From contig OX597819.1 in the NCBI GenBank assembly GCA_951406725.2, positions 82,584,001 through 82,648,000 of the forward strand: 64,000 nt of DNA, in the 5' to 3' direction. The position numbers were made by a program, and so were the translations under genes. The notes under the pieces were generated by a model. The model saw nothing but the letters and a program-made list of their open reading frames with translations. It made no database searches and was not told the origin of the DNA. Within the stretch, counting starts at the first letter, position 1. Each line of letters opens with the position of its first letter. Shown here piece by piece: positions 28,144 through 42,920 of the stretch. The DNA is from Octopus vulgaris. Its lineage: Eukaryota.

Positions 28144-30009
28144 GTGAGTTTGTTGTGGTATTATTTCTGAAGAGATTTGTCCACATTTGTGTTGATATAA
28201 ATTAATAAAGAAGCAATGTTTCCCTTCATTCATACAATATTTCATAATGGCTTAATTTTAGGTGAATGCTTTTATGGGAAGTTATTTTAGAATTTCCTAT
28301 AACATAAGAATTGTTATAAAACATTATTTAAAAACAGATTTTACACAAGCATTTACATGTGAGAAAAACAGGACTGGTTTAATGTGGATAACTGGATAGT
28401 AAAATTTTGGCAAATAATTTCTGGGAATTAGAGTTATATAAAGCAAAATTAAGCTTTGATTTGGATAATTAATTATGTCATATATTTGTAAAAATTTGAA
28501 TTCAATATAAATTACTTGGAAATGGATTATGCTTAGAGCACCTGTTGATTAATTATAAACTTCCATATGTAAATTTTTACATTTGATGATTGAATGAAAT
28601 GTCTTTTCCAGTCTCCAGCAATTCCCATAATTAGTTCATCTTAATATTTCTTCCTGTAACTATATTAGATTCATACTAAGCTAGGTTTAATGACAAACAC
28701 TAAACCAATTGTGTTTTCTAGCTCAGCAGTGAAGCTTTTTTTTATTTTTTAATACTTGTATGTATTAAGTTATTCTGAGGTATCTCAAATTAATTAGTTA
28801 TCTGAAGTATTTAAAATGAAAAAAATAGTAAAAATTCTGTAAACATACAAATTTACTGTTTATTGAAATGGTAGTTAACTAGTATTCCAAGCTTTATGCT
28901 TTTGAGATATGCCATTAACCATTACTATATATATCTGCTTTTATAGGAATTGTTCTTTTCAGTATTAAACTACTATTTTATAGTTATATGAATTATTTTA
29001 AGGAATGCCAAAGGCAAAGCTTTACAGATACCAGCCTTTGAGGATTATTTTAAACTATCAATTAGTTCTGTTTATATTTTCTCTCTAAACCCATTAGGTT
29101 TACTTGAATTTTAATATTTTTCAATCACTAATTTATATAGAATTTATTTAGTGTTTAATAAATTCTCTTTAAAATTTTGTTTTGAATTATTTAAAATCAT
29201 ATTTTGCTTTCCAAACATCAAATCATTTAAATATTAACTTTGTTACTGGAAAAAAAAAGAAAGGAAAATGTCTATTTTTATTTTAATATTTCTAATTTAT
29301 CAAGCTGATACTTAACATGGAAGGTTTTCTGCTGGAAAACTAGTTTGTCATTTAATCAATATGCATCTGTTATGCTGTCACTTCTCTAGGAGCAATCAAG
29401 ATTGTACTTGATGCAAATTCAAGAACTCTTACATATGTATGACAAAAAACAAAATTTGTTTCTTTGTAAATCAGTTGTTCCACTCTTATCGTTGTTGTTT
29501 CTCTTGCCTTTGCTAGTGTTTCACTTATTTTTGGAGTTGTCTTCCTTCACCTCCTCGCCCTCTCCCTCCATCTTCTTCCCCCTCCTCCTCCACCTCCCCT
29601 TCTTCTTCTTCTTTACCTATATTTTCTCTTTTCCAACCTCTAATCCAATATTCACATCCTACTTTGTGATTGATTCCAACAATATATCTCATAGTATTTA
29701 TCATTATTGCCATCATCATTTGCACTTCTAACCACTAATATATTTCTACTGTGACTACTTTACTCGCTGCATGTATTAGCAATATACATGGAAATTCTTT
29801 CATTTAATCTTATCTTTGCTATGTTAGAAGTAGAAATTCTTTAGAAACAGAATTTTTTTGTCTGAACATCTCTTGCTACAAATTTCCATTAAAAATTAGT
29901 TACATAAACAATGTTCATGCAGATATTGAGTTATCGACTGACTGGAGGAATAGTTTATTTTTACATTTGCTACTGCTTTAGAAATCATGTGTCACATTTC
30001 AGTTTTACA

Positions 30010-32050
30010 TACATCATCATCAGCATTATGTTCATGTTTATGCTTGCTTTGACTAGTTGGGTCTTCTCTATAACCGTGTCTAACCAGTGTTCCAGTCCTT
30101 TATCATCATCTTTGTGAATTTCACCACTTCTCCCCATGTTTCTTTGGTCTTTCTCTTTCACAGGTTGTTTCCAGTTTGGCTTGCTTGGCACTTCTCTACC
30201 CAATATACACACGCATCTGGCAGCTCTTATTCTAAGTTTTCCTCTCAATTCATTTGTGTTATGTTATTCATGTTCATGAACACATCAAGAAGAACATACA
30301 CACCTCATTTCTTTCCAGCCTTCACACATCCAGTACAGCATTGTACTTTGTACCCAAGTATCTTACAATCTGCTCTTCAGTTGAAGAATGGACTCCTTTA
30401 TTGCCAGTGGAGGTAATAGCTCCCTGAATTTTCTCACTCTATTCGTGCTCTGGTTATTAAGTTCTGTGAATACCATTTTCACTACTAGTTAGGTCAGCTA
30501 GGTAACAGAAGCCATCAATTACTTCTAGGGGGCATTCTGCATATTTCAAAGAATTTATTTCATGCATGTACTTGCAACTAATTATTCTTTTGCATCCAAT
30601 ATGTATGAAGTCTGCTTCTAAACACCATCAACGTCTTGGGCATTAGATCAGTTAGACTGGATTGGGTACACCATATGGAATTTCAACATCTTCCTTTTTT
30701 ATAAGTCAAGCATTTTTATGCTAACAAAAATGTTTGCTTCTATATTTGAAATTTCTCCTCCAATTCTGATAGTCATCTACGAAAACTATGAGATCTGATC
30801 AATAAGTATCCGTAGTGATGCCATAGTAACGAAGCTAAAGCATACAGAGTCAAGCAATTTGGCAAGAATTGACTTTGAACTCTGTTGTGTATGCACACTA
30901 AGTTTTAACATTCTAGCTCACTTCGGCTGCTTCCAGCAGTGCTTGGTAGGAAGGTGTGTAGTGTGTGATCATCGCATTGACCATGACAGAGAAAGCTGAC
31001 CTGGCAATACCTGCTCAGAAGCCTACATAAAGTGGCAGAAAGTGTATGGAAAGGAATGTATGAGCTGCACACAAGTGTATAAGTGTTTCAGATGTTTCCA
31101 AAAGGGCCAAAAATATGTCGATATTGATGAACGTTCTGGGAGACCTGCAACCATTAGAATTGAGAAAAACATTGCAGATGTGCATGCAATTCTGAGGGGA
31201 AACTGTCAAATCTCCATCAATGAGTTATCAGGGGATGTGCAGATTAGTTATAGTTCAGTTCAGTCCATTATCACTGAAGATTTAGGCATGAGACGCATGT
31301 CTGCCAACTTTGTGTCAAAACTGTTTTCAGCTGACCAAGAAGATACTCGGGTTTCAGTTGCACAGAATCTCCTTGACTGTGTTGCGAACAATGAAAACTT
31401 TTCGAAAACTTTGTGTAGGCCTCTGAGCAGGTATCGCCAAGCTTTTGGCAACATTTGATGTAGATTCTCTGTTCAACTTTCTCTCTCATGGTCAATGCAG
31501 TGATCACACACTACACACCTTCCTTCCAAACACTGCTGTAAAAAAAAGCAGAAGTGAGCTAGAAATGCACATGTGCAGAGTTTAAGGTCAATTTGTGACA
31601 AATGGCTTCACTCTGTGTACTTTAGCTTTGTTACTATGGCAACAATCTGGATACGTATTGATCAGACCATGTATAATAGGACTCAGAAATTCCTTGGAAA
31701 GAGTGTAAAGCAAAGATCTGATGGATGCCTATCTGCACATTAAATTCCTTATTGATCTCATTACTAATTGACACCTTACTAAGAGAATTTCTGTACATAA
31801 CTTGCAGGGCTCTCACCAACAATTCATCTATGCCAAAGGTACCCTGGCAAGGGCCTTCTTCAGGTTAATGATTGCTATATATTATAACCTGCCTTTTGCT
31901 GATATATCCTGATATTGTAGTCTCACTAAGGAGAAAGCATAACCCAAACTCTGTCCTACCATGATTTGAACTCTATTTCATCAGAGCTAATTTTCCTCAT
32001 TAGTTGTGAAATATTTTTTTTCTGTAACTTTCATAACTTGTCCATCATTT
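30010..32050 (-). mobile_element. Decayed RTE LINE interrupted by a mariner derivative
   Basis: LVRALQVMYRNSLSKVSISNE..FNVQIGIHQ right of the insert; LEVIDGFCYLADL and KVQCCTGC..(GAT)n remnants left of it. Confidence 0.7.
30789..31671 (+). mobile_element. Non-autonomous mariner with ~250-bp terminal inverted arms (fold-back derivative)
   Basis: TA on both sides; ends TGAGATCTGATCAATAAGTATCC and GGATACGTATTGATCAGACCATG. Internal transposase N-terminus (DERSGRPAT..ISINELS..IITEDLGMRRMSANFVSKL). The right arm carries inverted KVEQRIYIKCCQKLGDTCSEAYTK. Confidence 0.9.
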
Positions 32051-34489
32051 GTGTAAAATATTTTAGTTTACACTAGCAAACAATGTTTTGCAGCTTTTAT
32101 TTCTATACCTTTGATCGTATGGAATTAGAAATTTAGAATAATGCCTATATTCTAGCAGTAGGTATTTACCTTACACCATGACCTCTGTTACAATGCTATT
32201 TATTTTCCAGGTAAGTATGCCATAACAAACAGCATATTATTTCTTATAATAGTTGTAGTGAGGTCTAAGCACATTAATAACCTCACCATATCTTCAAAGC
32301 AAACAATTCAGTGTTAAAATTATTCTAAATTTTATAGTCTAAGGTATTTTCTCTTTTTTTTTTTTTTGCAAATTATAATGCCATTTTTATTTCTTTTTTC
32401 TGATATTAGCCATAAAAACACCATATAGCTCATACTTGATTAAAGATTCATAGAACATGCTTGTTAAAATGGAGATGATATAATTTTACATTACTATGAA
32501 GTCTAAACATTAGTGATCATAGCTTTCACATGATCAATAATTAACTGTAGCTGTACTCCACTTTCAAATCATTCTAGCAGCCAAAACACAACTATAATAT
32601 TTGAGCATTTATTATCAAAGCAACTAATGTAGTTATTTTCTTAACTATCAATCAAAACTCTAGATGTTGTTCTCAAACTCTACTTTTGTCATCTTCAGTA
32701 CAAGGCTTGAAATGGGTGTCTCTCGTAACTTTCCATAGGGACCTCTGTGTGTCTATTTCCTCCTTTATATTCCATTATATCAGTTACTGCAGATGGCTGT
32801 AAAAACTAAATGTCTAATAACCTCATCAAACTATTTAGTTATTCATACACACTATATTTATTTAGTGCTTTATTGCAGTTATATTAATGGTTATTGTGAA
32901 AGTCAAGTGATTGTATAGCATGAATACTCATTGTCATTATGGTTTTTATAGAAATCACAACAATACCAACATTGCTTGCTGTAAAAACATTGGTTGTTGT
33001 AGCCATAAGGATAGTAATAATAGTAGTGATTATTAAAACAGCTGTAGTGATGATGATTATGAGAACTGCAATAATGGTGATTGCAATTTCTGTAGCGGAT
33101 TTTTTCAAAAAGATAAAATATTTCCATTTTCTTAATTCAGATAAATTACATTCTAAGAGGTAATTAATAACCAACATTTTTTTCTATTGCTGTTTTAGAA
33201 GTGTGACCTCTTTCAAAAATGAATGTGTGCAGCATTTAAATTAAATTACTTTGCTCTAAAAATTAATTCTACTTGGCTTAATTTGCTTGTCTTTAGTATT
33301 AGTTTCAGATACACAGTTTCTGTATTAGTTAGGGTATCAAGCTATGAATTGTCTGCTTTGAATTTGTTATAAAAGTGTTCTATGTTGCATCTCAGAGCAA
33401 CAGCATTAAAGCATTAGTGAATTAACTATTCTTAGCTTAAAGAGTATTCAATTTCAAACTCACAAATCTCTCATTCTCCACCATTTGAAAGCTATAATCC
33501 ATGCATCTCCTTATTTAACATTTGAATTAGTATAATGTAAGCAAATACACTGAAAGATAGGTTGATATCATCATCATCGTCATATTTAACATCTATTTTT
33601 CCATACTTATATGGCTCTAACAGAATTTGCTAAAACAGATTTTTTATGGCCAGATGCCCTTTCATTGCCAACCCTCATCTATTTCCAAGAAAGTTAATAT
33701 TTCCACCCCAGCCAAACATTTTCACATATGACTGGAAATAAATGTGATATAAAGACAAGAAGACAAAAATACACACACACAATATATATGTGTGTGTGTG
33801 TATATATATGCTGTGTACATAAATCTTGTACATAAATAAATATATGTGGTGTGCATAAATCTTTTGTGAATGGCAACACTTTATAACAATAAATGGATGA
33901 TGTTGATCTATTTTATTTTTTTCAAAACATTGGTTAAAATCATAAATAAATAGGTTTAGAAAATTTTTGTATGTAAGAAAACTACTGGTTGTTTACTTAC
34001 TATTGCTATCTTTTGTTAGATGGATGACAGGACAAATTAATTCAGCTGTTCTCTTCACATCATCACAGTGTAATTTAACAACTGAGATGAAGTTTACTGA
34101 ACTACTTCTTATCTAGCAAGCTGATTAACTGCAAAGATGCACCCACATTGATTTGTAGGACATTTTTATCTTAATGATATATTTTATTTTGTTATTATTA
34201 TCACATGCATTTCTGACATAATAATAATGAAGAGTGTATTTTAACAAAGTTAAAAAAGAAACATTGTAAAGAGTAAGCTAAAGATGTAAGGGTACAAGTT
34301 TTTACCATTACATGGTTTCAATGCAGTCCATATCATTACTTTCAACATAAAGCGAGTATGTGCAAGGGAATCACTTGGCATGCATTTAAACATTGCAATT
34401 TATCTAAATAGGTTTTCTGTATAGAAGATAAAGGATACAGGTTTACCAATGGAACTCATTTACATGTGTGTGAGCCACATAGCCCTCCA

Positions 34490-34523
<34 letters not shown>

Positions 34524-34640
34524 CATAAGGGAGAGAGATACAGTTTGGCTTCGTTCAGTTAAGGATATCATTTTCCTTTTCTTACATAAAATGAGAAACA
34601 AACCCAACACACATTCATGTGAAAATATATACATACATAC

Positions 34641-34683
<43 letters not shown>

Positions 34684-34907
34684 TGCATATATATATGTTT
34701 ATATGTATACATATATGTATATATATATGTGCAAATATATGTATATAAATATATATGTATGTATATATATATGTATATATATGTATATATATGTATATAA
34801 ATATATATGTATGTATATATATATGTATATATATGTATATAAATATATATCTATGTATATATATATGTATATATGTGTATATATATATATGCATATATAC
34901 ACATGCA

Positions 34908-34942
<35 letters not shown>

Positions 34943-35484
34943 TCATATACATATGTGTGTCTATATGTGTATATATATATATGCTTATGCATAAATATAT
35001 ATATATATGTATGCATATATGTATATATATATGTTTATATATATATGTATTTACATATGTATATATATATGTTTATATATATATATATATGTATTTACAT
35101 ATGTATATATATATATATATATATATATGTTTATATATATGTATATATATTTATGCCTGTATATACATATGTTTGTATCTATGCACATATATATGCATGT
35201 ATATGTATATATATATGAACATGTGTATATATATATATGTGTGTGTGTGTATATATATATGTATGTTTATATATATATATGTATGTTTATATATATATGT
35301 ATGTTTATATATATATGTATGCTTATATATATATGTATGTTTATATATATGTATGTTTATATATATATGTATATATATATATATGTGTGTATATATATGT
35401 ATATATATATGTGTATATATATATATATATATGCATATATATATGTATATATATATATGTGTATATATATATATATATGCATGC

Positions 35485-35541
<57 letters not shown>

Positions 35542-35783
35542 TATTTATGTGTATACATATATATATATATATATACACGTATATATACATATGTATTTAC
35601 ATGTATTTATCTATATTTATGTGTATATATGTATTGCTATATCTTTGCTATATCTGCCAACATTCATCTCATAATTATTTAAATTTTATAAATTACTCAT
35701 ACTCCTCTAAAGATAACTGAATCAAAACTGGTGTCGGAGATATATTTTATTAGTTTCTTCTCCAATTTTTTCTTATTCCTTAA

Positions 35784-35831
<48 letters not shown>

Positions 35832-36399
35832 TCCTGTACACATGAACATACATACACATATACACACACACACACACATATATATATATATTCATAAACA
35901 TATATATATATAGACATATATACACATATATATGTGTACACGCATATATATATATGTATATATATGCATACATATATATGTATATTTGTGTGTATATCTA
36001 TATATATATGCATATATTTATATATGTCATCAGCATCATTATCATCATTATTGTTTAATGTCTGCTTTCCATGCTAGCATGGGTTGGATTATTTTACTAA
36101 TGTCTGGCGAATCAAATGGCTGCACCAGACTCCAATCTGATCTGGTAGAGTTTCTACAGCTGGATGCCCTTCCTAATGCCAACCACACTAAGAGTGTAAT
36201 GAGTTCTTTTACTTGCCACCAGCATGAGGGCCAGTCAGTGGGTGTAAAGGCAATGGCCACGCTCAAATGGTAAATTTTATGTGCCATCTGCACAGGAGCC
36301 AGTCCAGCAGCACTGACAATGACCTCGCTCGAATGTTTTATTCACATGTCACCAGCACAAATGCCAGTAAGCTAATGCAGTGCCAGTAAGTCGATGCTG

Positions 36400-36430
<31 letters not shown>

Positions 36431-36813
36431 ATATATATGTATATATTTATAAAATGGGGACATGGTACTGCAATAGTCTGGTTAACATCCCTATAAACTA
36501 GTGGTTCGGCAAAAGAGACTAATAGAATAAGTACTAGGCTTACAAAGAATAGCTCCTGGGGTCGATATATTCAACTAAAGGCAGTGCTCTAGCATGGCCA
36601 CAGTCAAATGACTGAAAAAAGAAATGTAAACATATGTTTATATATATATATATATATATATATGTGCATTCATGTATCTATACATATATATTTATGCATA
36701 CATGTATCAATATGTATATATGTATGCATACATGTATCTATATGTATATATACGTATGCATATATATGTGTGTATATACATGTATGTATATATATATTGT
36801 AGATATGTGTATA

Positions 36814-36896
<83 letters not shown>

Positions 36897-37136
36897 GTAT
36901 ATATATATTGTATATGTGTGTGTATATATATATATATATGTGTGTGTATATATATATCTGTATATATATATATATGTGTGTATATATATATGTATATATG
37001 TGTATATATATATATGTATATATGTGTATATATATGTATATATATGTTATATATGTGTATATGTATTTGTATGTTTATGTGTATATATATATATATGTAT
37101 GTATATATATACTTTACATGTATATTTATATATATA

Positions 37137-37190
<54 letters not shown>
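34490..37190. repeat. ~2.7-kb degenerate (TA)/(TG)/(CA) field containing an RTE tail (36028-36400, minus) and a SINE A 3' half (36480-36620)
   Basis: Direct reading; source of the YI-repeat ORFs. Confidence 0.95.
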
Positions 37191-37653
37191 ATAATTGGGG
37201 TTCCCTTCTATTTTAGATTTTATTTCATTTTAATGTGGTTAAATTAGGCTTACATTCTCCATTTATATCTGATGTTATTTTTTAGTATTTTTTTTATTAA
37301 AGTGTTATGTAGATACATAAAATTATGTTGGAAATGGTATGCATGCACAGTTTCCACATGAAGACTTTGTGGTTGTTGTAGAGCAGGTATAAAACATTTT
37401 CAAATTCAAATGCATTTGCTGTTATGTCACAACCTAATGGAATTCTTAATGTAGCATTTAATGTAGTGTGTGATGATACTGTATTACCAAAGTCAAATGG
37501 CCCTGTAGCAAGCTGAGTCTTATCAAATGATATTGTGTTCCTCTATATCAATGACTCAGATAAACTTTTACCAAAATTTCAATTAATGAATATAACAGTT
37601 TTAGCTCTATTAGTTCAGTTAATCTGTTACTTTTCATTATCTTTCAATGTGTA

Positions 37654-38180
37654 AGGTAGTGAGCTGGCAGAATCATCAGCATGCTGGAAAAATGCTTAGC
37701 AACATTTTACCTGTCCTTATGTTCTGAGTTCAAATTCTGCCAAGGTCAACTTTGCCTATCATCTTTTAAAAGACGGCTAGCTGGCAGAAACGTTAGCATG
37801 CCGGGTGAAATGCTTAGCAATATTTCATCTGTGCTACGTTCTGAGTTCAAATTCGGCCGAGGTCGACTTTGCCTTTCATCCTTTCAGGGTCAATTAAATA
37901 AGTACCAGTTACGCACTGGTGTTGATATAATCAACTTAATCCGTTTGTCTGTCCTTGTTTGTCCCCTCTGTGTTTAGCCCCTTGTGAGCAGTAAAAGAAA
38001 TAAAAATTGTTAACACACCAGGTGAATGCTTAGCAGTATTTCGTCTGCCAAACCATTCTGAGTTCAACTTGGCCGTTCATCCTTTCAGGATTGATAAATT
38101 AAGAACTAGTGAAACACTGGGAACAATGTAATTGACTAGTCCCCTCCCCCAAATTTCAGATCTTGTGCCTATAGTAGAAT
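37654..38180 (+). mobile_element. Three stacked copies of SINE family F
   Basis: The unit gagctggcagaa..gttagcatgccgg..aaatgcttagc..gttctgagttcaaatt..tttgcctttcatcctttc starts three times (about 37654, 37770, 38005). Confidence 0.8.
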
Positions 38181-38519
38181 GGATCATCTTTTAATGTGTA
38201 TTGTTCAGGTAGAGCTGGACAGCAATTCAAGATATCCTAAGTCCTTATGAAAAATTAAATTCATTTATTAGCAACATTTTGTCTATTTATACAAGCACCA
38301 ATGCATATTTTCATATATTTCTTAAGTAATAGCCTTGAATTTAAGAGAGAGTCAGACATATATAGAGAAGACACAAAATTGCATCTTTCTACTTCACAGT
38401 CGTCATGGATTGCACCGTTCATATACTTCTGAAAGTATATTAATACTCTACCAGAAGAAGACTATCCTGTAGATTTCTTGCCAGAAAACCTACTGTATTA
38501 GACTTTGAGAAATAGGGTA

Positions 38520-38850
38520 AAGACCTTCTTCAGTCATGAATGACCATGAGATTGCACCTAGAAAGTTCCCCCTCCAAGGCACAAATCCAGGCAAAGTTGT
38601 TTATGGAAAACCAGCATACCAACCTCCCCTCTCCATGCCATCGATATTATCTAAGAGAAAGGCAAAGACTGATACAGCTTGGGACCAGTGATGTCGCAAC
38701 ACATTTCTACAGATGAGTGATTTGGAACAACACGAAATAAAGTTTTCTTGCTCAAGAACACAACATACACCCTGGCCGGGAGTCAAACTCAAGACCTCTT
38801 GATTGTGAGTCTGATGCTCTAACTACTGAGCTAATAATAACATGCTTCTC
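38520..38850 (-). mobile_element. tRNA-derived SINE family E
   Basis: Minus-strand head TAGCTCAGTAGTTAGAGCATCAGACTCACAATCAAGAGGTCTTGAGTTTGACTCCC; body shared with 18905 and 59998. Confidence 0.8.
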
Positions 38851-40064
38851 AACACAAGGAAAACTGACAAGATGTGAAACATCTGCAAAGCTGGACAAAA
38901 TATCAAAAAATTGAAAAACATAATACATACACACACATGCACGCACTTGTGTGTGTGTGTACACAGACAGACAGACAGACACATACACATATATATAGGC
39001 AGATATGTATACCAATTTTTATTATCTTTCAGATGGTATGGTAGACAGTCAAAATGGTTTTAGATAAACATCTCATTTTGCATGAATAACAGGACACAAA
39101 CTTTAGTGTATTTGAAAATGTCTAGCCAGTGATTGAAATAAAATGCTACTATTCAAAGGTTTCATTGAAACAGTTCTGTTCTATTGTCATGTGGCCTAGA
39201 CAATAAAAGAATTTCTAGCAGAAGATAAAAATACTGGACATCACTGCTGCTTATGATTTTCTCTTGGAGTTCATTTTTCAGAATGAATAAATAATGCACA
39301 TTTAATTGCAAGAACAAAGACATTTGTCAGCTGTTACCATTTTATGTTTAGAAAGATTAATTTTGATTGCACATGCTTTGAGAAGATCAAATACACCACT
39401 AACCTTTCTTTTGAATCCCAAAGATACAGCTTTTCAAGTTTATTATTGTGTTGGGGCAGACTTACCAAAGACATATATATTCAACATTTATGCAGATTTA
39501 GCTAGATGCAATATCAAATAAAGTAGTATTATAGATTCATTCTAGGTTGGCGGCCCCAGAGGTGACCTAGAGATATCCTCCACTAAAAGGACAAATATCA
39601 GTAGAAGTAACATATCTTTACTTTGTATTAATCTTAGGGAAAACCTGGCGGATTTTCATTTGCCTTTATCAACATAGGTTATTATTATCACATGAAAAGA
39701 GAATATAATTCTAAACATCAGCTACAATACTACATTTTCATTAGAAGAGTGAAGGCTTTTAAGATTTACTGAGTTAAACTCTTCATTCATCAGATACTAT
39801 ATATAAGTAATGATCATAACTTGTGTATATTGATCATGGCCAGCAAGATGAGAAATAATCCTATTAAATAACACTTTAAGAAGAATTTTGTCTGGAATTG
39901 TAAGTAATGCAAGGTTCCGTTAATTTATACTGTATTCTTGATCTTTGTCACAATATAGATATGTTATGGTGACAACTTTGTAATCTTGTCATACAACTGT
40001 ATTTAATTCCTAATAGGTTTATAACAATTTACTTTCTGGTTAGGAAAAGTTTGTTAGCCTATGT

Positions 40065-40103
<39 letters not shown>

Positions 40104-40139
40104 GTGTGTGTGTGAGAAAGAGAGAGAGAGAGAGAGAGA

Positions 40140-40285
40140 GACAAGCTGCCACACAATTTCTGTCAGCCGAATTCACTCACAATACATTGGTTGGCCTAAG
40201 GTTATTATAGAAGACACTTGCCTAAGGTGCTGCACTGCAGAACGGAACCTGAAATCACGTGATTGCAAGGCAAGTTACTTAAGAC
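40140..40285 (-). mobile_element. SINE family A head, decayed
   Basis: tagaagacacttgcctaaggtgctgcac. Confidence 0.65.
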
Positions 40286-40364
40286 ATCAATGCTTGAATT
40301 ACGATATTGATATTTTCTGTAATTGGAAATTAGTTTGTTTCCATCATTAATGCACATATATGAC

Positions 40365-40905
40365 AAAGGAGGCTCTCTTGAGGTAGTAGATAATTTCTGC
40401 TATTTAGGTGGCCAAATTAGTAACGGTAGAGGATGCTCTGAAAGTATTGTTTCTAGAATAATAGTATTGAGGAAGTTCAGAGAACTACTACCTCTGTTGG
40501 CAGCAAAAGGTTTCTCTCTTTCTCTCTCTCTCTCTCAGAGTGAAAGGTAGATTGTGTGATGCTTGTGTGAGAACAGCTATGTTGAGACATAGGCTCTGAC
40601 TGCAGAGGACAAGCGTAAACTGGAGAGGAATGAAGGTAGTATACTCTGTTGGATTTGCAACATCAGTGTGCATGACCAACAAAGCTCAATTGTGTTGAGA
40701 GAAAAGTTAGGCAGGAGAGAAGAATGCTTTGGTTTGGACAAAGCATGAGTGAAGACACTGCATACAGAAGTGCCTGTCATTGAAAGTGGAAGAGGGAGAC
40801 CAGGAATACATGAGTGACGAACGATCTTAGGATGTTGGGATTCATGGAGGAAATGACAATGGAGCAAGATGTTTGGTGATATCTGGTTCTAGATAAGACC
40901 TGTCC
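40365..40905 (+). mobile_element. RTE LINE C-terminal fragment
   Basis: SLEVVDNFCYLGGQISNGRGCSESIVSRI..KFRELLPLLAAKG; homologous to 24560-25150. Confidence 0.85.
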
Positions 40906-41340
40906 ACAAAACTAAGTGCTAGAAGAGTTGTGTCCCACCCACATATAACAACACATTTTTCACCCACTCTACTCCAAGAAACCAAACTACCTCTCCTCTT
41001 CTAAGCCGCATCCTTCTCTTCTTCACATTTCCTCTTCATAAACTATGATTGCTTTCCAATCTCCTTTCTAGTCTTCACTGCCCTGCTCACTGTATTGCTG
41101 CTCCCCCACCCCCACCCCACCTTGATTTTCTACCCAGGTTCTATGCTTAGATCCTTGTTACTTGTGAGTATACCCTAGCATTACACCATATTTCTCCTGC
41201 TCTCTCTTACACTTTTGCTGTTTCCTACTCTCTCTCTCTCCCTTGGTCACTCTTTCTCCATGTTTTTCCCCTGACTAGGAAATCAAGTATCTCACACTTG
41301 TTTCTGGCCTCTTTCTTGTAACACACTCTAACTTTCTATC

Positions 41341-41424
<84 letters not shown>

Positions 41425-41699
41425 TGCATCAATGGATATAATATATGCCTATTCTACTCTCAGATGACAGAGGAAGTGATGGGTATAAGGGAATGAAATG
41501 TGGGTGGCAGAGAAGGTTGACGAAGCAGAGCTCTTCTTGGGCATGCATTACCAAGATGGTTTGGTTATATCAATTCTACTGTGGTGGGCAGATCTTGAAT
41601 ATACTTAGAGAGAGAAAAAGACCTTTGGTAGCCAACAGGGGTAAAAACTCTCAGAAGTTTCTCCTTCTTATTCTTATTCTAACAATTACACTTTAGGTA

Positions 41700-42130
41700 C
41701 ATCCTCCTCCAATGCTAATTTGATCACCTAGATGACAGAAATCATCTACTACCTCTAGAGAGCCTCTGAGGCATTTGAGGAGATCAGTTTCTTGTATCAC
41801 CTTAGTCTTTATGACTTCTGTATATCTTCCATATACAAACACTGCTTTCTCTATTAAATTTCCTACTATTTCACTGCACCTCTTGTGTGTCCATAGCTTA
41901 CACTAGGTACACTGAATGGAATTCCTACCTACACCATTCCTACATATCGAGTAGGTTTATTTACCTGAAGTGAATAAGGTCCTGTCTGATTTCTTGCTTA
42001 CTTGGACCTTGATCTTGGGTATGTTTACTTTAAAACCTTTTGATTCCTGGTTTTGTTTCCACTTCCAGAATTTCTATTCTAGTTCTGTTACAGATTCTAC
42101 TATCATCAGCATATAGCAGTTCCCATGGGC
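41700..42130 (-). mobile_element. RTE LINE RT fragment including the PHD-like insert
   Basis: ELLYADD..ESKGFKVN..SICRNGVGRNSIQCT*CKLWTHKRC..SLEVVDDFCHLGDQIS. Confidence 0.8.
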
Positions 42131-42878
42131 CTCTAATGTTCTACATAATATTGCTTTCAATGATAAACTTAAAATTGTATGTGTGTATGTTTGTGTGTTA
42201 TACATAGTATCAAGAGACATGTAGTTCCCCACTGGCTTTGTCTTTATATACTAGTGAACCATAGTAAAAACTATGTTCTGCAACTCTAGAACAAATAAAT
42301 TCTAGAAGTTTAAGTTTATGCAATGAAATTGCTAAACAGTTATATAAAGTATTTGTAGCTTTCAACAAGATGTAATGTAAAAGTTTGTATAAACCAATTA
42401 TTGTGAATGAATATGACATGGCTTTATAGTTTTATAATAAAAAAAATAATAATACATTACACACGTTAACTAGACATGTGGTTCTTTGTGTGTGTGTTTT
42501 ATGAGTGCATGCACAGTTGTGGACAAGATCTGCCCACTCAAGCAAGTACAGCAAACCAAGCATAAACCTGGTGGTGGTGATTTGAGTCTCTCATCCATTA
42601 TATTCATGTTAAGCACTATCTATTGTCTCCCTCTACACAGATATTCGCTTCATATCTTCTCATTTATCACTCATCCTTTTCTCTTATCACTGTGCCTTGT
42701 TACTGCTACCAGTGTGACAAAGAGTGGCATGTATCTCACCACATTCATCTCCCTACCATCATTCTTTATCACTCTATCTCTCTTCCATCATGCCACCTGT
42801 TTACCAAGAGTGAGAGCACTGGAACTATCACTATTCAATCTCCCTTAATCATTAACATTCTTTATAGTTATCACTCAC

Positions 42879-42920
<42 letters not shown>

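Noticed and set aside
34443-37216. Long ORFs up to 269 aa rich in Y/I/C/V/M
   Set aside because: Translations of TA/TG microsatellite, open in several frames on both strands.
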